64,000 nt of DNA from Octopus vulgaris. Lineage: Eukaryota. Numbering within the stretch: the first letter of the stretch is position 1; each line of letters starts with the position of its first letter. The notes below the pieces were generated by a model. The model worked only from the letters and a program-made list of their open reading frames with translations. It made no database searches and was not told the origin of the DNA. The stretch covers positions 97,278,001-97,342,000 of the forward strand of contig OX597817.1 in assembly GCA_951406725.2 (NCBI GenBank), in the 5' to 3' direction. Positions 51,583-64,000 of this stretch are shown here, one piece after another. The translations under genes were made by a program, and so were the position numbers.

Positions 51583-51912
51583 TTTATATATGTATATACA
51601 TATAGAAACTTATATGTATATATGTATGTATATATGTATATATATATATATATATATATAATACATATATGTATATATATATACTTATATGTATGTATGT
51701 ATATATATATATACATATGTATGTATACATACATACAAATACATACATATATATGTATGTATGTAGTATATATATATATGTGTGTTTATGTATGTATATA
51801 TATATATATATATACTTATATATATATATATACTTATATATATGTATATACATATGTATATGTATGTATATATATATATATATACCTATATGTATATATG
51901 TATGTATATATG

Positions 51913-51950
<38 letters not shown>

Positions 51951-52030
51951 CATACATTTATGTATATATATATATACTTATATGTATGTATATATATATA
52001 TATATACATATGTATGTGTATACATATGTG
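51530..52030. repeat. Compound (TA)/(TATG) microsatellite block
   Basis: Visible directly; one of many such tracts in the window. Confidence 0.95.
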
Positions 52031-53172
52031 TGATTATTCATTTTTATACTTTTTGTTATCTAAGTATATGTTTTTAAAAATATTTTTTAATTTTCATTTA
52101 TGATTTGGTTTATATCTATTATTGTTTGAATTGCATAATAGTGGTTTTTCTCTTATTTATATATTATATATTATATATTCATATTGTGAAATTTGATTGA
52201 ATGCTAAATTGAATTTTCCCTGTAAGTTTGGAGTTATACTCGCTAATATTATTATTATTATATATGTGTGTATAAATATATATATATACAAGTTCAGCAA
52301 AATTTAGATTTAAATGAATATGGTACTTAAGTTAGATGAATATGGTACTTAAGTTAGAATATGGTAATTAAGTAATTACTTCTCTTCATAAAAATAAATC
52401 ACCTTCTACTAAACCTATGAAAACCTTTCTTCTTGATTACTCCTCTTCCAGTTTTCCTATCATATATATTTGACCCCTAATATATTCACTTGATTAATAA
52501 GACTTTTGTCCTCAGTTAATGAGTATTATGCCTACTCATAATAAGTGATAGATTTTTCTCCAAAATGAATAAATATTTATAATTTCTCCTTTAATCCAAC
52601 GTATCAAAATATTCAAAATCTACCAGCTAAGTATAAAGTTGATGTATATAAGTATAAAAGAATCTCTGTACTCTCTATAAGTGGTCACTGTGACCATTTG
52701 ACATTGACCTAGTTTTCCTAATACAAAATCTGTTTGCCAAATAGTAGTATACAGCCTCTGTAGCATTACAACCCTCTCTTTACCTTAATTTCTTTATATA
52801 GAACTTTGACATCTATTTCACCCCTGTTTCTATTAATAGAAAATCTTTCTTGTCTCCTTTCAATTGATCATTCTTCCTAAACCTTCTAGTAGTTCAAAAC
52901 AACTGAATATTCTGAATATTCTTCAGTCAGTTGATAAACTCTACTACCTTAATGTTCTTTAAATTTAAATCGACATCTTTGTCTATATATCTACCTTCTC
53001 TATAATGTTATCAATTGATATGAAAATTATGTATTAATGGAAAACCTCTATTAATGGCTGATGATTGCTCAACATTTTAAACCTGCTGTAATACTTACAA
53101 CATTTAATAAAATGATGTAGCGTGTAATGATCGTACCAAATCACTGAAGTTATTCTTGTTGCTTATTTTGAT

Positions 53173-53247
<75 letters not shown>

Positions 53248-53327
53248 GTGTGTGTATGTATGTATATATATATATATTTGTGTGTGTGTGTATTATGTAT
53301 ATATATATATATTTGTGTGTGTGTATG

Positions 53328-53358
<31 letters not shown>

Positions 53359-53472
53359 ATACAGTAATCTTTCGACTTCAAAAACCTACCACATAAATAT
53401 TTAAAATCTAAAAAAAACATAAATACCTATCGGCTGCAGAAACCTGCGATATACTGAGTGTACGATAGGTGA

Positions 53473-56099
53473 ACAGCGTAGAGGAAGACAGGCAGATAGG
53501 ATTAAGGAGCTAAGAAGGAGCTGGGGGAGATTACGGCGTGAAGGCACTGGCTATTTGTAGTAGCTCGTAACGGTATGTTTATTTATGTTTTGATGTGTTA
53601 AAGAAGGAAAAAGAATTGTTGAAATGTAAAAGATTGATGTGAAAAAAGGAGGAAGAAGTACTGAATTAAAGAAATGAGATTATAAAGAACATTGTGAATT
53701 GTGTTACAGAGTTGTTGAAAAAGAAAAAGACTCTAATGTAGAACATTGAACTCTGAACTATATTGCATCAATTTGAACTGTATCGTTAATGTGAACATTA
53801 TTTGTTTTAATTTGATCTGAACTGTTATCTCCGGTCGCCGGTTGCCGAGTTCGCTGCCACCTTCCCTCACCGAATTCTCTCTTTCCGTGGCGAATTCTCC
53901 GTTCGACGGAGCCTGGTCAATCGTCGTCGCTCGACTTGGTAGGGTCCCGAGTTTCCAAAGAGTTTGAGCGACGGCAGGTGATTCGTAACAACTGGTGTCA
54001 GAAGTGGGATTGTCCTGATTGCTGCGGTTGGTCGGTTGTTCGCTATGGATTCGGTGGAGGCACGAACTGGTAGCCAGACTGGAGGGGAAGAGATCTCGCT
54101 TGCCTTGATTGTAGAGATGTTGAGGGGCCATATTACGCAGACAAACGCATTCTTGGAAAGGATGGATAAGAGGCGACAGGGCCTGTGGGCAGATCAGCAA
54201 GAGCTTGAGGTTGCGGATGGGTCAGCTTTGGAGGATCGGTGTTGGACCGGGGATAGTGACGGTCCTGTGTGCGGAGATTGCCCGTCAAATGAAGTGGAAA
54301 GTGAAGAGTGTGGGTCGGCGGAACCCTGTGATGTTGGACCTGAAGTGGATGTTGCGGAAACTGAAGCAGATGTTGCTGAGTCTGATGCTGAGAAGCCCGA
54401 AGAGCCTGCTGAGTGTGTGTTGTCTGCTGCTGTTGTTCCGTGTCTGGAGACTTTGGCATCTTGACCCCTGTCTCTCGGGACTCAGGACGAAGAGCTTGTG
54501 AAGTCTGGAGCTAATGTCACTGAGTCCAAGGAGCCGGCTGTGTGTGTGGTGGCCGCTGCGGTTGATGTTCCGTGTCTGAGTCCTTTGGTGTCTGGACCCC
54601 TGTCTCTCGAGGTTCAGAGGGACTGTATGGTGCCCACTGTGGAGAGGCCACAGGTGTGGATGGACTGTCGGACGAACGTGCGTTCTGGGAAGCCTTCGGT
54701 GCAGGAGCTGGTAACAAGGAGGACCAAGCCTAGTGGTGAGGCGAGACGGCGGCGAACGGTGGTAGGACCACAGAAGACGGGAAGACTGCTCCAGTGTTGG
54801 GTGAGCTTTGTGGTTGATGGCTGCTTGGGGCTGGCGAAGCCCGACAGGCAGTACATAGCGAAAGCTCAAGTGAGGGTCGGGTGGACCCTGGTAGAGGCAG
54901 AAGCTGACAGAGCGCTGGCTGGGTCAGCCGATCTCTTGGAAGTGGCACAGGTGATTTGTAGAAGACAAATCAAGGAATCGTGCCAGATGGTGAACCAGCG
55001 GCAGGGCCAGTTCTGCCAGTACAGTAATGCAGTCGAAGGAGTTGGTGGTCTACCGATGCAGTTGCGGAGGCGGTCCGCAGGGAGTCGCTGGTGCTTGGTG
55101 GCACTCGGATGTTGCGGAAGAAGCAACCGTTGGTGAAAAACGCAGGACGTTGGTCGCATGGACCCAGTTCGGCTGCGAAAATCGAGGAGGTATCGGCGAC
55201 AGGGAACAGTGGAAAGGCGGAACGGTCTCTGGTCGTCGGCCATTATGGCGCAGAACGAAGACGGCACAGCAAGGTGTGAGTCTGTTGGACAGTCGGGGAA
55301 CAGAGCGAGCTGGCGTGAGGGTCGATGCAGAGATGACAAGCGTGGCGAGAAAGACGGAAAGAAGAGTGAGAGGATGACAAGCGACAGCGTAGAGGAAGAC
55401 AGGCAGATAGGATTAAGGAGCTGAGAAGGAGCTGGGGGAGATTACGGCGTGAAGGCACTGGCTATTTGTAGTAGCTCGTAACGGTATGTTTGTTTATGTT
55501 TTGATGTGTTAAAGAAGGAAAAAGAATTGTTGAAATGTAAAAGATTGATATGAAAAAAGGAGGAAGAAGTACTGAATTAAAGAGATGAGATTATAAAGAA
55601 CATTGTGAATTGTGTTACAGAGTTGTTGAAAAAGAAAGAGAAAGACTCTAATGTAGAACATTGAACTCTGAACTATATTGCATCAATTTGAACTGTATCG
55701 TTAATGTGAACATTATTTGTTTTAATTTGATCTGAACTGTTGTCTCCGGACTGTGTATTGTACCTGCATGCTTTGATCTTGTTAATTTTGTTGCATGTTA
55801 TTCTCTTTGATGTACCTGATGTATTTTACATTGTATTTGATGTCGTAATTGTCATAAACTGTTGCTAAATGTAAGCCAACTGCTTTCCGCCGTGTCGGTC
55901 TGTGTCTCTTCCTGCTGTTGTTTGTTGTTGTTCTCTCCGGTCGCCGGTTGCCGAGTTCGCTACCGCCTTCCCCCACCGAATTCTCTCTCCTCCTTCCGTG
56001 GCGAATTCACCGTTCGATCGAGCCGGTCGATCGTCGTCGCTCGGCTTGGTAGGGTCCCGGGTTTCCGAAGAGTTTGAGCGACGGCAGGTATTCGTAACA
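53473..56099 (+). mobile_element. Non-autonomous LTR retrotransposon (5' LTR truncated on the left)
   Basis: Direct repeats 53473-53990 and 55384-56099, both ending ttcgtaaCA. PBS tggtgtcagaagtgggat (53993-54010) is complementary to a tRNA-Leu 3' end. Short gag-like ORF start MDSVEA..; no pol motifs. Confidence 0.82.
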
Positions 56100-56505
56100 A
56101 TATGTTTGCGGGTTATTAACATCACGCCCTAGAGGAATGAATAAGATGACAGGAGAATATCATCAAATTTATACAAAACTGTTTGATTAAATATTCTTCT
56201 TTCTTTTTCTTTCCTTTTTCTGTTTTTTCTGTCTTTTTTTATTTTTTTTATTTTCGCCTGTTATAAAATTGTAACTTAAAAATTGATGATATCATTCTAT
56301 CAACGTGTGGACGCTGGTTGCTCTTGTTCATACTTTACGTTTACATTTCTGTAATTTTGAATTTTTATCACTTCTTATTTTGAACTTGGCAAAGACAGAC
56401 GTACTGTTGAAATATCATTCAACAAATAAAATATCTTACAATCGAATCGCGCTCTTCGTCTTGACTGTTTACCTTTGTGAAGAGTTACGTCAATTCTTTT
56501 TAAAA

Positions 56506-56562
<57 letters not shown>

Positions 56563-56564
56563 TA

Positions 56565-57080
56565 GTCAGCAAGCTGGCAGATTCGGTAGCACGGCGGGCA
56601 AAAGGTTTAGTGCTCAAATTCTGCCGAAGTCAACATTGCCTTTCATCCTTTCGAGGTTGATAAAATAAAGTATCAGTGGAATACTGAAGGCAATATGATC
56701 GACTAGTCTCCTGCCCCCAAAGTTCAGGCCATGCGCCTATAGCAATAAGAATTATTATTATTGTTGTTGTTGTGCAAAAAATTAGGCAGCACACGAGAAA
56801 CCCATGCTACTTTTATGCTAGTAAGCCTTTTCAATAATGCTGTTCATTTTTCCTTGTAAGTCGTCTAAAATTGTTGTTTATGCTTTTCGAAAGTGATAGC
56901 GCACTCGAGGAGACACTCAATCTCATGTTTTAAGTATGCCCGTTCCAAAATTGTGCTTTGTTGCTGAGTTCGGCTCTCACCGAAATCAGCTTTGCTGTTC
57001 ATCTCTCTGGGGTCGATAAAATAAAGTACCAGTCAGCTAATGGGATCCATGGTATCGACTAACTCCTGCCCTTCAGAACT
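56565..57080 (+). mobile_element. Two SINE family 2 fragments (56565-56750 and 56965-57080)
   Basis: gcaagctggcagattcggtagcacg...gcctttcatcctttcgaggttgataaaataaa; tctctggggtcgataaaataaagtaccagt. Confidence 0.7.
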
Positions 57081-57649
57081 GTTGGAGAGACGAGTGAGTC
57101 GATTGTGCTTGAGTGGTGGTAGTTCGAGACAAACCAGTTCCCAGGAACAGAGGCCATTAGAATAGCGATTGAAAAGACAGAGGGGAGCCATTGACATTAA
57201 CTAAAATGGAGGCGGATAAAGACTGAGTGAAAGCGCCAGATATTGGAGTGTACTCGATAGTGACTGAATTCTAATCAGTAGTCTTTGTCTCGATGCGTCC
57301 AAGATGTCATCACGCAAAACGGTGTCACTGTTTTACTTGTGGGAGTAGTACTTATTGTGGGTCTCAAGTCAGCCTTGTAGAATGACAGCACCCGCTGGAT
57401 TCTAAAGTGTATTCAGGTTCCTAAATAGAAGGGCTAGACTTTGAAAAGCGATCCTATAGATGCTAAGGATGTACTTTTGTCAGAAACCAGGGGAGATCTT
57501 CGGTAGTAGTGAAGCCAGGCATTTGGAGCGACGGTGAGGGCTCTAACCCAATGTGGCTATATAAATATAGAGAGATAGGTATAGATGTATATGTATACAT
57601 ATACATACATGCATGCATATATGTGTGTGTGCGCGTGCGCGTGTATGTA

Positions 57650-57684
<35 letters not shown>

Positions 57685-57900
57685 GCGCGCACGCACACAC
57701 ATATATAATTTTTTAAAGTTATCTCTACAGATTTTCTATAGAAATTAGAACCAACACTGAAAAGTGTCTTAGGTAACACTGATATTTTAAATAACATGCA
57801 TGTTGAAGTTAGTTGTAATAACACTAGTGTTGATAAATTGTATGAAATAACTTTAAAATGAGAAAGAAATGAATTATGAATAGCGATAAAATTTACTTAC

Positions 57901-57958
57901 AGCTGTAGCTGTTCACATAAGAAATAGCTACTATTACCGGTAGCACTTGGTACAGCAT
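57901..57958 (-). CDS. Candidate first coding exon (signal peptide) of the Cys-repeat gene
   Basis: atcATG then MLYQVLPVIVAISYVNSYS plus 1 nt, followed by a consensus donor |gtaagt. Hydrophobic core; same strand as, and upstream of, the Cys-rich exon. Confidence 0.6.
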
Positions 57959-58103
57959 GATGACCAATTGGTTTATCTTTTCTTTCTGCCTCTTAAGGAC
58001 TGGTGAGTGTTGTTTTTCCGAAACAAGGACAGGCTTGACAAACGTCTCAAATAAACGCTTGGTTGGGCCTTTTTACTTATGATAAAAACAATCGTATCAG
58101 AAC

Positions 58104-58189
58104 TGTTAAATAATTACGTGGTTAAATAATCACGTGTCAATCAATGGTTAAATAATTACATGGTTAAATAATCACGTGTCAATCAATGT
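58104..58189. repeat. Tandem duplication of about 43 bp containing CACGTG E-boxes, upstream of the candidate first exon
   Basis: gttaaataattac(g/a)tggttaaataatcacgtgtcaatcaatg occurs twice. Confidence 0.8.
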
Positions 58190-60520
58190 ATTTATAAACA
58201 ACAATGCTATTAACAATATAATTTTTTAAGAATAAGTAATATTCATTGATCCTGAAAATGCAAATGACTCCCAACAGGTTTTCATTTAATTGCTGAGAAT
58301 ATATTCTGGTCATTAAATGTCCGCTCCCAACGATAACAAAAATAATTTACCGCAGGTTCACATGTTTTACCATGCTATTTTTTCTCTTGGCGAAATTCTT
58401 TTATCTTTTTTAATTGTTTTGTACACAGGACACATTTACACCAACATTAATTCTAAGTAATCTGTATTCTGATATTCAAATCAAATATATATTTTCTTAC
58501 AGACAATTCATTCCTATATTGTCTTTACAATTTGTGACATTTATTTTTTTTTCCACTCCCTCCATGCGGCAGCTCAGGAAAATTTCGGCCAGAAAACTAT
58601 GAAGACGGGTACACTTTTATATAAGAATGAAATCTGAGAAATGAGTTTTAAATGTATTTATTATACAAATAAATAAATTCGAATGTCAGTTTTTAATGTA
58701 ATTCTAAAGTAGCAATAGATAAAGATAATGGAACACAAAAGCAATTCTTCTGTTTCGGTGTTTTGCCGTAAAACAAAGGAAGATATCTTCGAGTCAGATT
58801 TTCGTAACATCATTTAATCATAGAATTCCGTAGACAGGTCTTGATCATCAGCGGCTTGAGAAAAACTCGTTTACAGCCCACAATTTGCTACAAATTGTTG
58901 TAACGCTTACTGGCAGTGTTATGATATTTGAAACAGTTTGAAGAATTCAACGAAGGGATCTCTGTGGATTAAAAAGTAACCAGTATGATCAATGAATTCA
59001 AAATGCATGACTTCCGCTCAACTTGACGCATTTCAAATTGTTTAAATTCAACTAAAATGTCTTTGAGTTCATGAATGTTGATTTTCGGACTTGAAGAAGG
59101 AAAGGCTCTTCATGATATTAGTTTCTTACTAAAAAGTGCTGTTGGAGCTCTAGGTAAATCAGGTTCTAAAACAGGAACTATGGTCTTACGGATACTTAAA
59201 TCTCGTGAGACCAAGGATGTTCGCCCGGAACAACTTGCTTCAATCTTGTTGACAAAGCAGCATCTGATACAGTGAGAGATAGTCTTAGCTATAATAATTA
59301 CATTTAAAGGGACTGTCCGAATTGCTCTGGTGCTATATTTCCGTTGGTTTTGCTTTTCTTGCGATGTGGCCTAGACAGTAGATGCGTCGTCGGTTGTAGC
59401 AGTATGAGGAGATTGTGTATCTGAGCACGAGTCAGGACCTCACTTTTAGTGATTCGATTGGTCAGTTTGATGTTCAGAATCTGTCTCAGGCTGCGTAAGT
59501 CGAAGGCAGTTAGACACTAATCTTGTTGGAGTACATTCTTCAGCCTCCATTGCTACAGAGCAGTGTGTTGAGGACACAACCTCCGTAGAATGTAACTTTT
59601 TCTATGCACCGATAGCATACAGTTCTTCAACACTTTTGCTGTTAGCTTAGCTAGTAAGTAGTATTGATATTGCTCTTCCAATACGTCACTTGTTCATAGA
59701 CTGTAGAGAGAGAGTTTGTGATGGTAGAGGCAATTAGTGGACAGCCTCTAAAAGGGGGCTGATTTTGTGACTCAAACTAACTAGATCCAAGTACAGTGAA
59801 TACCATCCTCCACAATTTGCTACTCAAATGAAGTACATATGTATTTCAACAATTTCTATCAAATACACTCTCTTTCTTGAGCATAAAATTCCTCTTCCCG
59901 AATGACAATAACTTATATGTCAGATTGTTGCACAAGTTCTAGCTGTTTTGATAAGGGAAATCGGAAAGGTTTGAAATTATTTCATCGGCATTTACTTGTA
60001 ACAAAGAGCACTCCTTCGGTAGACAACATGTTGATCTCATAAGTGTTGCGTGGTGGAAATGCAATTACCAAACTTTCAATTCATTATTTCATTTTTTTTT
60101 TGTTTTTTTTTAATTTGCATTTCAAATTGTACATCTGTACTCCCGACTGGGTACAAGCGCATATCTAAAACGACTCCAAGGGTCAAAAGGGGGTCTTTGG
60201 CCAAAATGGGTTGAGAACCTTTGATCTACCTGATGTCCATAGATACTACGGACTGCACTGTAATCATCCCAGGAATGTAAACTATGATCTTAAGAAACAA
60301 GCAATTTGTGGAAATGCATGTACCGATGCATTAAAATATTTATAATTTCTATCCAAGGATTATTATCATCATTACTATATTTATCTTCCATAATATTGGC
60401 AAAGCTCGATGCGATCCCAAAAAACTGGTATCGTCACTTGGCATCATTAGGCTGTAGCCGGCATAATAGAATAAGAGTTTTATATGCATATTCGAAATGT
60501 TTCCCGTAAACGAACTTAAA

Positions 60521-60572
<52 letters not shown>

Positions 60573-60654
60573 AAAAGAAGCAACAGGATATGCGACTGTT
60601 TCAAGCGGCCCCATTTAAATTGAACGACGCAATTATTACATCAATTTAAATGCA

Positions 60655-62085
60655 GGACTTTCCTCAGCTGCATAAAAAGAACTTCCAAGAAAATCCTGTT
60701 GTTAGACTAATTTGCCCGACTAAGTCCGATATAGATCGACTTAGCAAATCTATTCTGGATACTATACTATTCCGAATAATTCCTAATCTTTCTTTCAGAC
60801 AATGGTTTGATACGGATGAAGTGATATATTGATTTAAATCCATTGAAAATACACGTAATTATTTTTTTATTCAATTTGATATTAACAGTTATTATTCTAG
60901 TATATCTCCTATTCTTCTCTAGTTTTTGCAAAAACCTCTCTCATAACTAGGGATAAAATTGACATTGTTCTTTTAGCTAGGAAGACTATTATAGAATTTG
61001 ATGGTAAGCTATGGACAAGGTCTGATACCCCTGATAATTTCGATATATCTATGGGCTCGAGTGATTCGACTGAAAAGATATGCACCTACTTGGTGCATAT
61101 CTTTTAAGGTGCCTCAATAGTGAAATCCCTGATTTGCAGGGAGGTTTATATAGAGATGATGCTCTATTTATTATCCCTAGCGACAATAAATCAGTCAGAA
61201 AGAATGAGAAAAAAATTAGAAATTTTTTTTTTGAACTTCAACTCAGGTATTATGTTTGAATATGGCACAAAAGTGGAAAATTACTTAGACATGACATTAG
61301 ACATTACTCAGGATTATACTACCCCTATAGGAAACCAGGTCAAGTTACGAGGTACGTGAACAAATTATCAAATCACCTCACCTGATGTATTAAAATCAGC
61401 GGTTCAAAGTATTTCTAAGAGAATTACAAACTTGTCAGCAAACAAAGACATTTTTAATACCCATTTCCACCACTACAACTTCGCTTTGTCTCAGGTAGGA
61501 TACGATAATGAAATTACTTTTCTTAGTCCTGAAAGTACAGCACCTAATAATAGTGGAAGTAATGAAATTTTAAATGACAGAGGGATTACAAACTTACTTG
61601 GTCGGGAAAACATACCAACTAGAAAAGCATCTAACAAACCCATCAATTCAAATTTTAAAAATAGGCAACAACAGAAAATTAGATGTTATAACAAGTAGGC
61701 ATTTTTGTTTAGATAATAAGGGTAGTGAAGGGAACGAGCGAGTTGCTCCACCTTAAAAGGATAATAAGAATACTGGTAATAGAGACATACCTCATAATCA
61801 AGCCACGATTTTGAGAGGCGTTGAGAGAGCAGGTAGATTTCGCCCTTACATACGCCGTAAGTCTGATAATAAGGACTTCATCTAGTATAACATTCCTTAC
61901 AACTGTGCCTTATCCACAAATACATATGGGAAATTCATGACAATTTTACAAAAAAATTTCCCTGCTTCCCATAGATAAAACAGAATTTTTTCCCGTAAGA
62001 CAGTTAGAATCTCATATTCTACTCTCCCCAATATGGGTACCACCATAGCAAGGTTAAATAGAAAGAATCTTAAATTTGCAAGAGG

Positions 62086-62155
<70 letters not shown>

Positions 62156-63750
62156 GTCAACACTAACTTGAACCCCTACAATGTGAATAATAATATTAAT
62201 GGTGACGTGGAATGAATGTTAATGATACTACAGTTGAAGGATGGAGTGATAATAACAGATACGAAAATAATACATACAATAGTAGTGGTAGGTTAATATT
62301 AATAGTGATAATGATAATAATTATATGAATATCTTTATATATAAAAGTAAGGTTGTGTGTCTGTCTCCTACGATTTAGATTCCTAACTACTCCCACATTT
62401 TGCGGTGCAGTTTAACCAAAACCGGGTATCTTATAGTCGTGATTCATATCGAGCCCTTCTGGGTATTAGCGCGCGTCTACGATGAGTCTACGATTTAAAA
62501 AAAATTTACCATAATTTTTTCCATTTTAATGCATTTATATAAGTATAAGGGAAGTAACTCTCTAAAAATGTCTACGATGAGTCAACGATTTTTTTTTTAA
62601 ATTACCATCATTTTTTTTCCATTTTTAATGCATTTTTTTGCTATTTTTTGGCTATAACTCTCTAAAAATGCTTATATAGTTATTTCCCTTACAAACCCGA
62701 GCAACGCCGGGCGATACTGCTAGTCATTAATATTAATAGTATAATAATGATATGAATATCAATAATATTAATAGTCGTAATTCTCCTAGTTGCAATTGTA
62801 GAGTTAAATCCTACTGTCCGTTATTAGGCTGATGTCTAATCCAAAACGTAATCTATAAGTGTACAATTACAACTGTGGCTGGTAGCTTTATATACATAGG
62901 ATGTTCTATAAGTATGAAAAAACGTATTAATAACCATTTTTCATCTCAAACATAAGGCCAATTGTTCGTCCTTATCTAGCAAGATTTGGGAACTGAAGGA
63001 AAGCTGAACTGAATTTAGCCTTAAATGGGATATTATAAGGAAAGTGTAACCTTATAGAGATAGTCGATACGGGTGCGAATTGTGCTCTATGGAAACTTAT
63101 GAGATTTTTAAGTATAGGGACAAGAGCAACCTGATTAATAATAGATTAGACCTAAGGGTATCATACGTACATAGTCACCTGGACATTTAAATATTTTCTA
63201 AATTAGCGTTTAAAGGTGTTATCCTTGAACCTAGATAGGGGAAATTAATTTTTAGTGTCATATCTGATGTGAACTTACCCCCTAGTATTATATATAATAA
63301 AATCATGGGATATTGAGTTATATGGTGAATTAAAATGCATTGCACATATTATAAGCTATATGGTATAGTATATGGAATGCTACATGTAGTTACTATCCTA
63401 TGAATAATCCTGCCAAGTTAGTCTGACTTCATCATGTTTTTGGTGATTAAACTATTTATTCCTTTCTACCCTACTAATCATATTATTTATTTTGTAATGG
63501 CTTTTATGTAAGTAAGCCTCCTTATTATATACCCCTGTGAAACTTTAAAATCATGTATGTAATAAAGGTAACTTTATAACTTATAAAATACCCCTTCGGT
63601 CTGAATACCTCCTACTCCCTCACTACTAGCATACGTATTGTGAGAATATCTTTATCTCTCCCCTACATCAAATTTTAATACTCTGACTCTTTAAAATGTA
63701 AGTTATATATATTTTCTTACTATTCTCTATAATTTCTTATTATTTTGTTT
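60655..63750 (+). mobile_element. Penelope-like element (RT, Asn-rich linker, GIY-YIG), decayed
   Basis: HKKNFQENPVVRLICPTKSD; YRDDA; KIFSRKTVRISYSTLPNM; CNCRVKSYCP..CL..NVIYKC..YIGCS..KRINNH..LSSKIWELK..CELC. Confidence 0.88.
62332..62723 (+). mobile_element. Non-autonomous Helitron (392 bp) inserted in the PLE
   Basis: A|TCTTTATATATAAA 5' end; cccg-agcaacgc-cggg hairpin, then CTAG|T. Removing it restores gaatatcattaatattaatagt, resembling the neighbouring repeat at about 62755. Confidence 0.9.
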
Positions 63751-63759
63751 TCTTATATA

Positions 63760-64000
63760 GGCGCAGGAGTGGCTGTGTGATAAGTAGCTTGCTTACCAAC
63801 CACATGGTTCCGGGTTCAGTCCCACTGCGTGGCACCTTGCGAAAATGTCTTCTACTATAGCCTCGGGCCGACCAAAACCTTGTGAGTGGATTTGGTAGAC
63901 AGAAACTGAAAGAAGCCCGTTGTACATATTTATATATATATATGTGTGTGTATATGTTTGTGCGTCTGTGCTTGTCTGGTGTATTTATGTCCCCGTAACT
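63760..64000 (+). mobile_element. SINE family 1 (runs off the window end)
   Basis: Collinear with the copy at 43094. Confidence 0.9.

Noticed and set aside
57080-57550. GC-richer block interrupting a SINE, possibly a solo LTR
   Set aside because: The termini are only loosely TG..CA and there is no TSD.
58600-60230. Possible decayed DNA transposon (hAT-like end ggttgagaacctttgatcta at about 60208-60228) or coding remnant
   Set aside because: No matching left TIR and no recognisable protein motif found by eye.
60585-60650. GAAACAGTC motif on the minus strand next to a PLE
   Set aside because: No intact CUGANGA or stem II partner; at best a broken remnant.

Overview
This is AT-rich animal genomic DNA, most consistent with an octopus: it has dense (TA)n, (CA)n, (GA)n and (TATG)n microsatellites and cephalopod-type tRNA-derived SINEs. 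The organism call is an inference. Most ORFs in the supplied track are microsatellite or antisense artefacts. The window is mainly nested, decayed transposable elements: RTE and CR1-like LINEs, at least five Penelope-like (PLE) remnants, two Helitrons, two mariners, a pogo-like element, a Merlin (IS1016-like) element with two probable MITE relatives, a MULE-like foldback, a non-autonomous LTR element and two SINE families. The only host-gene-like sequence is a disrupted minus-strand gene for a secreted protein with about 20 six-cysteine pacifastin/VWC-like repeats (46161-48325), with a candidate signal-peptide exon at 57901-57958. The most notable signals are RNA-structural. A near-identical 560-bp tandem repeat carries one type I hammerhead ribozyme motif per unit (retrozyme-like, 40483-41569). 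Further minimal hammerhead motifs are scattered through the window, some with the compensatory U3-A8 core. There are also several long zero- or small-loop palindromes. All calls are by eye, without database searches or folding software.
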